Below, in pieces: positions 16,323 to 24,522 of a stretch of 42,412 nucleotides of DNA; positions within the stretch are counted from its first letter, which is position 1; each line of letters begins with the position of its first letter. Both the position numbers and the translations under genes were made by a program. The stretch is from a virus. The stretch spans positions 1-42,412 of the IMG/VR virus record IMGVR_UViG_3300009609_000018; one strand, 5' to 3'. The notes beneath the pieces are model-generated. The model searched no databases, was not told where the DNA came from, and worked only from the letters and a program-made list of their open reading frames with translations.

Positions 16323-17861
16323 ATGCCTACACGTGACCAGATTCTACAGGCCCTAAAAGCTGCGGATGCTGCGGCAACGGCAGGTGATCCTTCGGCTGCG
16401 GTAGAAGCCCGCAAACTAGCGCAAATGTATAAGACTTCTTCGGAGGCTCCTGAACCGGCTGCGCCGGCTCCACAGCTTTCGATGGATGAACGCATGGCAA
16501 AAGCTGGTATTACTCCGGTTGATCCTACCGAGGGCATGAGTACCTTTGAAAAGGTGGCGGCGGGTGCTGGCTCTTCCTTCATGGGAACCGCAAGGCAAGC
16601 AAGGCGACTAGGTAATCTAGGAGTTCAAAATGTACCCGGAGTGTCTCATCTGGCTCGTTATATGGGGTTCAATCCCGAGGAAAATTTGGCCGCGTTGGAT
16701 GAGGAAACGGCAGAGGCTCGTAGGCTAGAAGCCCCACTAATGGCAACCAAGGCCGGCAAGGCTGGTCAAATCGGCGGTGATATTGCGCAGGCTCTAGCAC
16801 TCACTGCGGCTACTGGTGGTCTAGGTGCGGGGGCTGGTGCTGCTACAGGCGCACGGGCACTAGCTAATGTGGCTGCGCGTGATGTGGCTGCGGGTGGCAT
16901 ACAAGGTGCTTTACAGGACACCGGAGCGGGTGAATCTATTGGCAAGAATGTCCTTACTAATGCACTACTAGGTGGCGCTCTTCCTGTAGGCGGGGCTGCC
17001 TTGCGTAAGGGCAAGCAGATAGCGGATGAAATTGGACTGAGTGGGGCTGCGAGGCTTGGTGTCGAGGCTATCGGTGCTATCCCGGTTGCTGGTGCCCCGG
17101 CACGTGGCCTATTGAATGTTGCGGAACGGCGTGAAGCCAACAAGCTAATGGCCCATGCTAATGCCCTACGTGAACACGCAGCGAAAACAGCCCCAGCACG
17201 TGCGGCGCATACAGAGGTCAAGCGTGAGGCAACTGCGGTTGCTAAAGAACAGACAAAGGAAGCCAACAAAGCGGCTGCCGAAGCCTATCGGGCACAGGTC
17301 GGTAAACTCAATGCAGCAGCGAAGGAAAAAGCTGGCAAGGCTTTGGAAGACATTACCACTAGCTTCCACGTCAAAATTACCCCGCAAGTGGCTACCAAAG
17401 CGAGGAACCTAAAAGCAAAGTATGCTGGCATACTGAAAGACAAGCCGGACCTTGCAAGGGCTTTGGATCAAATGACGATCCACGGTGCTAAGATGCCGGG
17501 TAAGGTTGCTGCTAGCATTAAGAGTAGTACAGGTGAAGCGGCCCGTGCCTCTAGGGAAGGTAGACAAGCCCTGCATGAAATTGAGCGGTTTGTTACTGAA
17601 TCTATGTATGAGAATCTTCCAAAGGCTAGGGCTGATGCCCTACGCGAAGCTTTTGAGTCTTATGGTAGGGGCGCACGCTCCGAATTGCTGCCTCCTAAAC
17701 CTAGTCAAATTAGAATCAAGCCTAATGTGCCTGAATTGAAGCTTCCGCCAGTGCCAATTAAACCCGGAACCGGCCCCTATTCAAGAACGAAAGCGCAGGC
17801 CGTTCGCACGGCGGCTCTTCGTGGCGCTGCCTTGCAGCGTGATCGTAAAAAGGAGGATTAG
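16323..17861 (+). CDS. Ala/Gly-rich internal virion (ejection) protein
   Basis: GGAGG RBS, 512 aa, Gly/Ala-zipper-like hydrophobic stretches. Lies between the SLT protein and the tail fibre, as ejection proteins do in P22-like phages. Confidence 0.55.
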   Translation: MPTRDQILQALKAADAAATAGDPSAAVEARKLAQMYKTSSEAPEPAAPAPQLSMDERMAKAGITPVDPTEGMSTFEKVAAGAGSSFMGTARQARRLGNLGVQNVPGVSHLARYMGFNPEENLAALDEETAEARRLEAPLMATKAGKAGQIGGDIAQALALTAATGGLGAGAGAATGARALANVAARDVAAGGIQGALQDTGAGESIGKNVLTNALLGGALPVGGAALRKGKQIADEIGLSGAARLGVEAIGAIPVAGAPARGLLNVAERREANKLMAHANALREHAAKTAPARAAHTEVKREATAVAKEQTKEANKAAAEAYRAQVGKLNAAAKEKAGKALEDITTSFHVKITPQVATKARNLKAKYAGILKDKPDLARALDQMTIHGAKMPGKVAASIKSSTGEAARASREGRQALHEIERFVTESMYENLPKARADALREAFESYGRGARSELLPPKPSQIRIKPNVPELKLPPVPIKPGTGPYSRTKAQAVRTAALRGAALQRDRKKED

Positions 17862-17863
17862 TC

Positions 17864-20809
17864 ATGCCTCGTAACGGCTCTGGTGGATACGACCTTCCGG
17901 CCGGTATCAACCCTGTAGTAACGCAGACGCTTATCACGTCTAATTGGGCAAACACGACCCTCAATGACGTGGCGGTCGCGCTTACCAATAGTATAGCACG
18001 TGATGGACAGACCCTTCCTACGGCTAACCTGCCTATGGGCGGGTTCGCTCACACAGGTGCGGGTGATCCTGCATCCCGTGATATGTATGACACCCTAGGC
18101 TACGTGCAAGATGGTAGGCATTTCCGTCTTACTAACGTGGCTGGTGTAAACCAGATCACGGCGACGCTTCCCGGTGGCGCGGTGGCGCTATCCGTGGGGC
18201 AGATTGTCCAGCTACTTCCGGCTAACAATAATACCGGTGCCGTTACCCTGAATATCAATGGCATCGGTGCGCGGCCTGTCACTACCGACCTAGGCAATCC
18301 ACTTGCCACCGGAAACCTAGTCGCCAACAGACCCTATTTGCTATCCTATACTGGCACGTCATGGGTAATGATTACTGCCGGTGGTGGTAGCTCGGGCATC
18401 GCTCAGGCCGCCATGAGCGGCTGGGACAGGCCCACGGCGAACGGCCCGTACCCTCCGATCACGGCCGTAGACGCGACGACTGTAGCCATTCCTGCGGGCA
18501 CTGGCAGAATCATCCGTCCATCGGCCCGCGATTTGTCGGGTGTGACAGAGGTTTCTTGGGCGGCCCAGAATGTGGCATTGAGCTTTGTGGCTACCTCATG
18601 GAATACCATTCTGGGTATCAATGCGCTGGGTCAAGTCGTGCAATTCACGGGCAACTTTAGCCCGGTGTGGGCACGTGAAAATATCCTGATCGGTTCCGTT
18701 GCGCATGTGAATGGTCAAATCAACGAAATCAATACCGTCCCCGCGATCTTTGGAGATATGACTTACGCCTCATACGACGTAAGTAGCCTGTTGCACAATA
18801 CGCTAATCAGTGGTGGGCGGCTGCTAGCAAATGCGGTTAGTCCGTTCCATGTGGACTTGCAGGCGGGTGCTATCTTTACGTTAGGTGGCGATGCTAACGA
18901 TGTTAACGATCCCAATAAGCGGGATTTCCCTTCTTCCTTTGACCTGAGTTTCTTCCCGGTCACAGGTAACAATACGGTAGCGGCGATTACCCAAAACGTT
19001 CCGGTGACGAACTACGACCCAAATGGGGCAGGCGCAATCGTAGCTATCCCCGGTGGCGCTACTACTACTTCCATTCACCGCATGTATCTACTGGCCGGGG
19101 AGTTCATATTCCTGTACGGTCAGAAGACCTATACGGACCTTACCACGGCGCTATCTCAGCTAGGTGTGGATGACTCTGCTACTATCTTCCCATCGAAGCT
19201 GACTAATGCCACCTTCCTGAGCTACATTGTAGCGCAGAAGAATAACCTTGATCTAAAGGACACAACTACTGCGCGCCTTCTGACTAGGGGCGGCACCAGT
19301 TTCAGCATCGGTTCCGCTAGCTCCATTTCCGAAGCCCCGATCAATGGTCTTATCTATGGCCGTAAGGATGCAGGCTGGTCGGAAGCTGTGCCCGCTCCAA
19401 AGGGGCCATCGTCTACGCTACGTCAAATCTTCTTCAATACTAACCTGCTTCCCCGCTGGTCACTGACGGTAAATGATACGCCAGAGGGCGGCGGTAATAC
19501 CGGCTCTAGTCTTGAGATTCGTCGGTATGATGATGCTGGCGTCTTGATAAATTCCCCGGTTGCCATTAATCGCACCACAGGAGAGGTTTTTACAACTGCT
19601 TCTCTTACGGTTCAAGGTGCCGCTAGCCACATCACTGCGGGGGGTGACGTAAGGGCGAATAGCAACTTTGCATCTACCAATACTTCTGTAGTGCTGGCAA
19701 CGTCGGCGGCCGGTAATGTATTCCTGCGGCCTAGTGGTGCTGCATCTTCGGTCGGGCAAACTACCATTGCTTCCACTGGCCTGATGAACGTTGGCGGTAA
19801 TGTCAATGCTGCTGGCCTTATTGCTAGGGCTTCCGGTGGTGGCGAGGGTGGCGAACTACAGCTTCTCGGCGACGGTGGTGCGAGTACCGCTATCATTGAC
19901 AACGTGGGGCCGCAAACCCGGTTCTTCGGTGGTGCCGCTGCACCGATGACTTTCGACCGGGAAACTGGTGCCTTGACTGTGCCTCTGTCAATCACAGCCG
20001 GGCAAGGGGTCATTGCGAACCAGAATTTCGGTTCTTCCACTAATGTCGCTGTGCTGGGTCCGGTTGCTGCTGTTGCGGGCACGGTTCTACTGCGGCCTAA
20101 TGGCGTTAATGTCTCTACAAATGAGGTAACGATATCCAATAACGGTAATGTTACTGCACCGGGCAGCTTGTTCGGTTTCTCTATTGTCTCCCAACAAGAC
20201 TTTACGGCTACTGGTGTTAACTGTGTATTAGCTGCGCAAGGCGGCGGCATATTCCTGCGGCCAAATGGTGCTGGTAGTGCGGTAGGTCAAGCCATTCTTG
20301 GTGCTGCTGGTAATTTCTCTTGCGCTGACGTTACTGCTAGTAACAATGTCAATGCCACGGGACGGGTTACTTCTGGCACTCACTTCAATGGCCTAGGAGT
20401 CACTACCGTTCTGTCTGCAAATGGCGGTGGCGGCGGCTCCATCCTGTTCCGGCCGCAAGGTGCCGACAATGGCACCAATCAAGCCACGCTCGATGCTGCT
20501 GGTAATTTTAGCTCTGTAAATCAGACTGCAACGTCCGACCAAATTCTTAAAGAAAATATTTCTCCGAAAGCCCCGCGTAGAAATCTGGCTGATCTAATCG
20601 CCCTGTATACCTACGTTTGGAAGAGCGATGGCCGTGCTGGCATGGGGCAAATTGCGCAACAGGTTCGGGAGCACGCGCCGGAGTATGTCCACGAAGGAAC
20701 TGATGGTATCCTGAGTATTGATAAGGCCAGTCTGGCAATGGAGTGCATACTAGGTCTAGCGGAGCGGGTAAAAGAACTAGAGGATAAAGTCAATGACCTT
20801 GCCGGCTAG
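17864..20809 (+). CDS. Tail fibre/spike with a C-terminal peptidase S74 intramolecular chaperone domain
   Basis: AGGAGG RBS. N-terminus is YDLPAGINPVVTQTLITSNWANTTLNDVAVALTNSIARDG. There are four (F/L)(L/F)RPxG repeat units at nt ~19722, 20089, 20253 and 20443. The S74 motif SDQILKENISP...GQIAQQVREHAPEYV...SIDKASL starts at nt 20534. Confidence 0.9.
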   Translation: MPRNGSGGYDLPAGINPVVTQTLITSNWANTTLNDVAVALTNSIARDGQTLPTANLPMGGFAHTGAGDPASRDMYDTLGYVQDGRHFRLTNVAGVNQITATLPGGAVALSVGQIVQLLPANNNTGAVTLNINGIGARPVTTDLGNPLATGNLVANRPYLLSYTGTSWVMITAGGGSSGIAQAAMSGWDRPTANGPYPPITAVDATTVAIPAGTGRIIRPSARDLSGVTEVSWAAQNVALSFVATSWNTILGINALGQVVQFTGNFSPVWARENILIGSVAHVNGQINEINTVPAIFGDMTYASYDVSSLLHNTLISGGRLLANAVSPFHVDLQAGAIFTLGGDANDVNDPNKRDFPSSFDLSFFPVTGNNTVAAITQNVPVTNYDPNGAGAIVAIPGGATTTSIHRMYLLAGEFIFLYGQKTYTDLTTALSQLGVDDSATIFPSKLTNATFLSYIVAQKNNLDLKDTTTARLLTRGGTSFSIGSASSISEAPINGLIYGRKDAGWSEAVPAPKGPSSTLRQIFFNTNLLPRWSLTVNDTPEGGGNTGSSLEIRRYDDAGVLINSPVAINRTTGEVFTTASLTVQGAASHITAGGDVRANSNFASTNTSVVLATSAAGNVFLRPSGAASSVGQTTIASTGLMNVGGNVNAAGLIARASGGGEGGELQLLGDGGASTAIIDNVGPQTRFFGGAAAPMTFDRETGALTVPLSITAGQGVIANQNFGSSTNVAVLGPVAAVAGTVLLRPNGVNVSTNEVTISNNGNVTAPGSLFGFSIVSQQDFTATGVNCVLAAQGGGIFLRPNGAGSAVGQAILGAAGNFSCADVTASNNVNATGRVTSGTHFNGLGVTTVLSANGGGGGSILFRPQGADNGTNQATLDAAGNFSSVNQTATSDQILKENISPKAPRRNLADLIALYTYVWKSDGRAGMGQIAQQVREHAPEYVHEGTDGILSIDKASLAMECILGLAERVKELEDKVNDLAG

Positions 20810-21356
20810 CCCCCCTATTACCAAGCTACAAATCTATACGGAATTCGGGGTTCCGTTAAACACGCCCTTTACCCAACTGGTGAGGGGCGGAATCTACGTG
20901 CCCAATACACCGGCTAATGCGGCCATTCCTACGACCCCGCCACTCAATATGTTGCAGTTCCTAGGGGCCTCTGCGCAGCCACCGATTGACTTCCAGAATG
21001 CGACTTGTAGTGCTGGGGCGCTAGCTCCAAACGATGCTACGGCAACGCTTAATATCAATGCTGGTGGCACGGTTACACGCGGCATTAATAATGGTGCGCC
21101 ACAGACCCTTTATACGTGGCTGCTATCGGGGGCCGCAAGTGCATGGGAAGTGGTGGCTACTTTGCAGTCGGGCAATACCAACCTAGGCACATACGGAACG
21201 CCCCTGAATCTGGGGTCCGGTCGGTCGTGGGGATGCTTCTTCGGCGGCAACTCAGGATCGCAGTCCGCTACAGTGCTGCTACAGTTCCGGCCAGCCGGGG
21301 GCGGGGCCTTCGTGGATTCCTGCACGTTCAGCCTAGACGCCACGGTCGAGAGCTAA
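20793..21356 (+). CDS. 187-aa protein whose C-terminal ~108 aa is a seventh, stand-alone copy of the repeat domain in the 1307-aa protein
   Basis: GAGGA RBS and a 17-nt overlap with the fibre gene. ATLNINAGGTVTRGINNGAPQTLYTWLLSGAASAWEV...FSLDATV aligns by eye with the repeat skeleton. Confidence 0.75.
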   Translation: MTLPASPPITKLQIYTEFGVPLNTPFTQLVRGGIYVPNTPANAAIPTTPPLNMLQFLGASAQPPIDFQNATCSAGALAPNDATATLNINAGGTVTRGINNGAPQTLYTWLLSGAASAWEVVATLQSGNTNLGTYGTPLNLGSGRSWGCFFGGNSGSQSATVLLQFRPAGGGAFVDSCTFSLDATVES

Positions 21357-21371
21357 AGTGCCAGGCACAAC

Positions 21372-21402
21372 AAAGCCCCCGGAGTCAGGGGCCGGAGGCT
21401 TT
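21372..21402. terminator. Bidirectional hairpin between the convergent blocks
   Basis: AAAGCCCCCGG / CCGGAGGCTTT: 11-bp stem with one C-A mismatch and a 9-nt loop. A/T runs on both flanks give a U-tract on either strand. Confidence 0.55.
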
Positions 21403-21539
21403 GAGGGGCAGTTTAGGGGCCTGCCAACCCTACACCTAGGGCGGTGCCGGTTACGGAGGAAACCGGGCCGTGCGTCGGTGTTCAGAAGGGGCCATGACTG
21501 AGGGAGTAACGCCGGCACCTACCCCCAATCACAGCCCCT

Positions 21540-21785
21540 TTAATCGACCTTTACATACATCGGTTTTGCGGTGGCGTAATTGTGGTCCCGCATGGTTGCA
21601 CCAAACTCGTCTTCCGTTTTGGCATAGCCTAGAACCCGGTCCTCATCGTCCATGATGGCCCAACCTACTCGCATTAGGGGGGATTCACTGTACCCCTTTT
21701 TCACTATCCATGCGACGCCCACTAGGACACCGATCGCAAAGATCAGGATAATCATTGTGAGAGTGACGGCAATTTCAGGGGTCAT
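21540..21785 (-). CDS. Small membrane-anchored protein (N-terminal TM helix)
   Basis: TM segment IAVTLTMIILIFAIGVLVGVAWIV. 4-nt overlap with the upstream gene. Last gene of the minus-strand block. Confidence 0.65.
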   Translation of the reverse strand: MTPEIAVTLTMIILIFAIGVLVGVAWIVKKGYSESPLMRVGWAIMDDEDRVLGYAKTEDEFGATMRDHNYATAKPMYVKVD

Positions 21786-22165
21786 TTGATTCCTTTTTCC
21801 TTCCGGTATTCATGGTATCCATTTACCACTTCCGGGTCAATATTTTCTGTTTTAATCCCCATTTCGACATTCAGCCTTACAATCTCATAGCAGAGGGCTG
21901 TAATTCTGCTATCAGGAAGACGGGGTAGTCGCATACGCTTTAGCTCATACTTAACCCCGGTAACTTCCTTAGCCCCGAGTAGATTATGCCGGGTTACATT
22001 GAATTCTAGTTCTTTACTGCACAGCTTTTCGGCCTCTTCTACTGTTAGACCGTCTAGCTTTTGTGAATGCTGCATTAGCCACATTTGAAGCTTAAACTTT
22101 TGCGGGGCCAATAGCTGGTTTATGTTGTGTCCGTCGGGGCTTTTTTGTACTCTTGTCTTTCTCAT
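21782..22165 (-). CDS. Hypothetical protein (127 aa)
   Basis: Clean ORF that looks AT-richer than its surroundings, coupled to the downstream TM protein. Confidence 0.65.
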   Translation of the reverse strand: MRKTRVQKSPDGHNINQLLAPQKFKLQMWLMQHSQKLDGLTVEEAEKLCSKELEFNVTRHNLLGAKEVTGVKYELKRMRLPRLPDSRITALCYEIVRLNVEMGIKTENIDPEVVNGYHEYRKEKGIK

Positions 22166-22195
22166 GGCACGTTTCCTGCGGGCGGCGGGTCACTG

Positions 22196-22342
22196 CTTTA
22201 GTCTTCATTCTCTGACCTAAGTACGCTCACGCGGGATAGGCCGGTTACGTGGTTTCGGGAGCCAGTTCCTAGCATACCCTAGTGGTTACTTATCAGGGGG
22301 CGAGTTCGCCAGTAAAGATATGCCGAGAATGAAGACTAAAAC
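22196..22342. mobile_element. MITE-like insertion: perfect 16-bp terminal inverted repeats (22197-22212 TTTAGTCTTCATTCTC; 22325-22340 GAGAATGAAGACTAAA) around a 112-bp core, flanked by direct GGTCACTG copies (22188-22195, 22343-22350)
   Basis: Read directly from the sequence. Removing the element and one direct-repeat copy would leave a ~25-nt gap with an AGGAAA RBS between two genes, matching the compact spacing elsewhere. Confidence 0.35.
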
Positions 22343-22344
22343 GG

Positions 22345-22593
22345 TCACTGATTGTTGGGGTTTTGAGAGTCAATCCAGACCTTGAATGCAGGCTTTGCTA
22401 TTGGCTCAAGATCAGTCGGCAGGGCATAATTTAGCTGTGCCATTAGGGCCTGCGTGGCATCCACGGCCAACTGCATTACCAATGGGCCGGGGGCGTAGTT
22501 ACCGCTATTAACCAACGCTTGGAACGTTTCAATCAACGTCCGATCATAGACGGTCAATTGTTCATATCGGGAATCAGCGGCTTTGAGTGCCAT
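22345..22593 (-). CDS. Hypothetical protein (82 aa)
   Basis: AGGAGG RBS 4 nt upstream of the ATG. Sits immediately after the terminator of the secreted-protein cassette. Confidence 0.65.
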   Translation of the reverse strand: MALKAADSRYEQLTVYDRTLIETFQALVNSGNYAPGPLVMQLAVDATQALMAQLNYALPTDLEPIAKPAFKVWIDSQNPNNQ

Positions 22594-22613
22594 AAATCCT
22601 CCTAGAAAACATG

Positions 22614-22639
22614 GCCGGGGGGTGCGGAATCCCCCCGGC
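22614..22639 (-). terminator. Intrinsic terminator after the curlin-like gene
   Basis: Perfect 9-bp GC stem GCCGGGGGG/CCCCCCGGC with an 8-nt loop, followed on the minus strand by CATGTTTTC. Confidence 0.55.
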
Positions 22640-22697
22640 TCTGAACCTATCGGCTATGATCCCCCACATAGGAGGGGAGCCAACAGGTTTTTACTGG

Positions 22698-23081
22698 TTA
22701 CGGTGCGACGTAGATATAGACCGTCTGCATCTGGTTCTGGCCGAAGCCGATACCCGTCTGCACGGCAACGTTCTGGTTCGCAGAAGCGGCGAGGCCGAGG
22801 GCTGCGGCCGAACCCTGCTGCTGGGTGAAGCCGATGGAACCCGACTGTGCGGCACTGTCATTGCCGGAAAGCTGGGTGGCGCCGAACGACTGATTGCCGG
22901 CGATGGCGGACGACTGCTGGCCGGTGACGCCGATGAGGGCGGCGGTACTGCCACCAACCGACGAACTGCCAACCTGCGACTGTGCGCCGGACTCGAAGGA
23001 GCCAGCGGCGATGCCCAGATCAACGGCACCGGCCGAGAACGAAGCGGCGGCGAGTGCAATTGCGAGTGCGATGAGCTTCAT
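22698..23081 (-). CDS. Secreted Gly/Ser/Gln/Ala/Asn-rich repeat protein (curlin/functional-amyloid-like composition)
   Basis: Sec signal peptide MKLIALAIALAAASFSAGA|VD. The mature part has ~22-aa quasi-repeats rich in Q, G, S, N and A and ends in VYIYVAP. The overlapping ORFs 22611..23144(+) and 22691..23059(-) are shadows. Confidence 0.7.
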   Translation of the reverse strand: MKLIALAIALAAASFSAGAVDLGIAAGSFESGAQSQVGSSSVGGSTAALIGVTGQQSSAIAGNQSFGATQLSGNDSAAQSGSIGFTQQQGSAAALGLAASANQNVAVQTGIGFGQNQMQTVYIYVAP

Positions 23082-23162
23082 GGTAAATCCTCTTTTTTTG
23101 AGGGGCGGGTAATACTAGCTATAGGTGCCCCGATTCCCCTATAGCCTAAGGGGGAGGGTTAG

Positions 23163-23945
23163 TTACCTTACTTTCTTGCCCTCTTCATCCAGTTCAAGAG
23201 TCTGGCCGTTGCTACCCTTGATAGTGGTAGCAGCCAGCTTCTTGCTATCCTCTGACGGCTGGGTCACTTCACCGCGCGGCTGGCGGGGCTGATAATCCTG
23301 CGGGGCCGTATGCTGTTGTGGCTGCGGCGCAGAGGGTGCGCTTTTCGGCTGCGCCACCGGCACATCCATACCAAGCAACCCAAGCTGTTCACATGCGCCC
23401 TGCGTGCGGGGTTCCTTGTCCTGCTTGGCATTGGTTTCTGCCATGCAGATTTCCCACACTTGCATGACGATCAGGCGGCTAGCCATATCATGCAAGCCTG
23501 CATTGTAGGCATTGGCGGCGGCAGTACCGAACTTTTCCGCCCTGCGGAGAGACTGGCAATTCCCGTCCATTTTCGGGCCAGATGCGCCGAGGCTCAAACC
23601 GAAGCCAGATGCACCCGCTGAAACAGTGCCGCCGCAATAGTCGGACGAGAACGATACTGCGGCTGCCAGAGGGACGGCGGCATTCGTCTTGATCTTCTGG
23701 GTGGTTGTGGTGGGGATTCGGCTGGCCTCAAAGGTCTGGCTCAGGCCCACACCAACTGACAATTCGGTGGACTGGTTTGGGTTGACCACGTTCCTGTTAT
23801 CGGAACTGGCGGCGGCACCGGAATTGCTTTCGGATACTGCGATGGCGTCGGATGACGAATTGGTGTTGACAGTGTTGTCAACTTCGACGGCGCTAGCGGC
23901 CCCGACAAACAGCAACAGCGCGGATGCAAGAATGGTCTTGCGCAT
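23163..23945 (-). CDS. Secreted protein (260 aa): Ser/Asn-rich N-terminal region, four-Cys central domain, Pro/Gln-rich linker
   Basis: Signal peptide MRKTILASALLLFVGAASA|VE. First gene downstream of the promoter-like element at 24020-24048. Confidence 0.7.
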   Translation of the reverse strand: MRKTILASALLLFVGAASAVEVDNTVNTNSSSDAIAVSESNSGAAASSDNRNVVNPNQSTELSVGVGLSQTFEASRIPTTTTQKIKTNAAVPLAAAVSFSSDYCGGTVSAGASGFGLSLGASGPKMDGNCQSLRRAEKFGTAAANAYNAGLHDMASRLIVMQVWEICMAETNAKQDKEPRTQGACEQLGLLGMDVPVAQPKSAPSAPQPQQHTAPQDYQPRQPRGEVTQPSEDSKKLAATTIKGSNGQTLELDEEGKKVR

Positions 23946-24019
23946 GATGGGATTCCTATGAGTCGGGGCGGGTAGGTTTCCGGTGGGCCTGCCCCCAAGC
24001 CCCCCGGATTAGTCAGACT

Positions 24020-24048
24020 ATATTAAGGTAAGTGATCGCCGGGGTCAA
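24020..24048 (-). promoter_or_regulatory. Sigma70-like promoter TTGACC-N17-TAATAT driving the secreted-protein cassette
   Basis: Hexamers and spacing read on the minus strand. The -35 element abuts the stop codon of the VRR-NUC gene. Confidence 0.5.
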
Positions 24049-24522
24049 CTACCGTTCGTCGGCCAAATCTGGCGGACTATCCCCCTGCGAGTCGCTCAGA
24101 ACTCGCGCAGGGGCGTACATGAACAGGGCTTGCCGTATGGTCCGAAGCATGGCGGCCGGGTCGTCCATCGAATACCGGTGCCCCCAACGCCATTGCTGGC
24201 TGATAGGGGAAAGGTCTGCGGCTATGTGCCCCGGAAGCAGGGTGTAGTAGCTATCAATCCAGCAGACGACGAAGGAAGCCCCTCCTATGAGCCTCCTAGC
24301 CCGGTGCCAGCGCCTTTGGGATGGCAACATATGGATTCCGTCGCGCCAGACTTTAACCTCTAGCCAAATGTCTTGCCCCGCTTTCGCTAGGTTCAGGTCA
24401 GGGATTCCGGGGCTGGTTTGGGGGCTTTCAATGTGTGATACATGGTAGCCCATTTCCTCTGCCGATATATGAAGAAATCGGCGGAAGTCATTTTCGTTAT
24501 TGATCGTCGTCGGTTTCTTCAT
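24049..24522 (-). CDS. VRR-NUC family nuclease (PD-(D/E)xK)
   Basis: GIPDLNLAKAGQDIWLEVKV followed by LPSQRRWH matches the VRR-NUC D...ExK...Q core. Confidence 0.75.
   Translation of the reverse strand: MKKPTTINNENDFRRFLHISAEEMGYHVSHIESPQTSPGIPDLNLAKAGQDIWLEVKVWRDGIHMLPSQRRWHRARRLIGGASFVVCWIDSYYTLLPGHIAADLSPISQQWRWGHRYSMDDPAAMLRTIRQALFMYAPARVLSDSQGDSPPDLADER

Noticed and set aside
21403-21539. Additional short hairpins (CCGGTT-N8-AACCGG, GGCAG-N9-CTGCC) in the convergent intergenic region, considered as a possible small RNA
   Set aside because: The stems are only 5-6 bp, with no promoter or terminator context of their own. They are most simply part of the terminator region.
22611-23144. 177-aa plus-strand ORF and 122-aa minus-strand ORF (22691..23059) overlapping the curlin-like gene
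   Set aside because: Their products are Arg/Gly/Pro-rich with no RBS. The 22698..23081 frame has a clean signal peptide, an RBS and a terminator, so these are shadow ORFs of a GC-rich repetitive segment.
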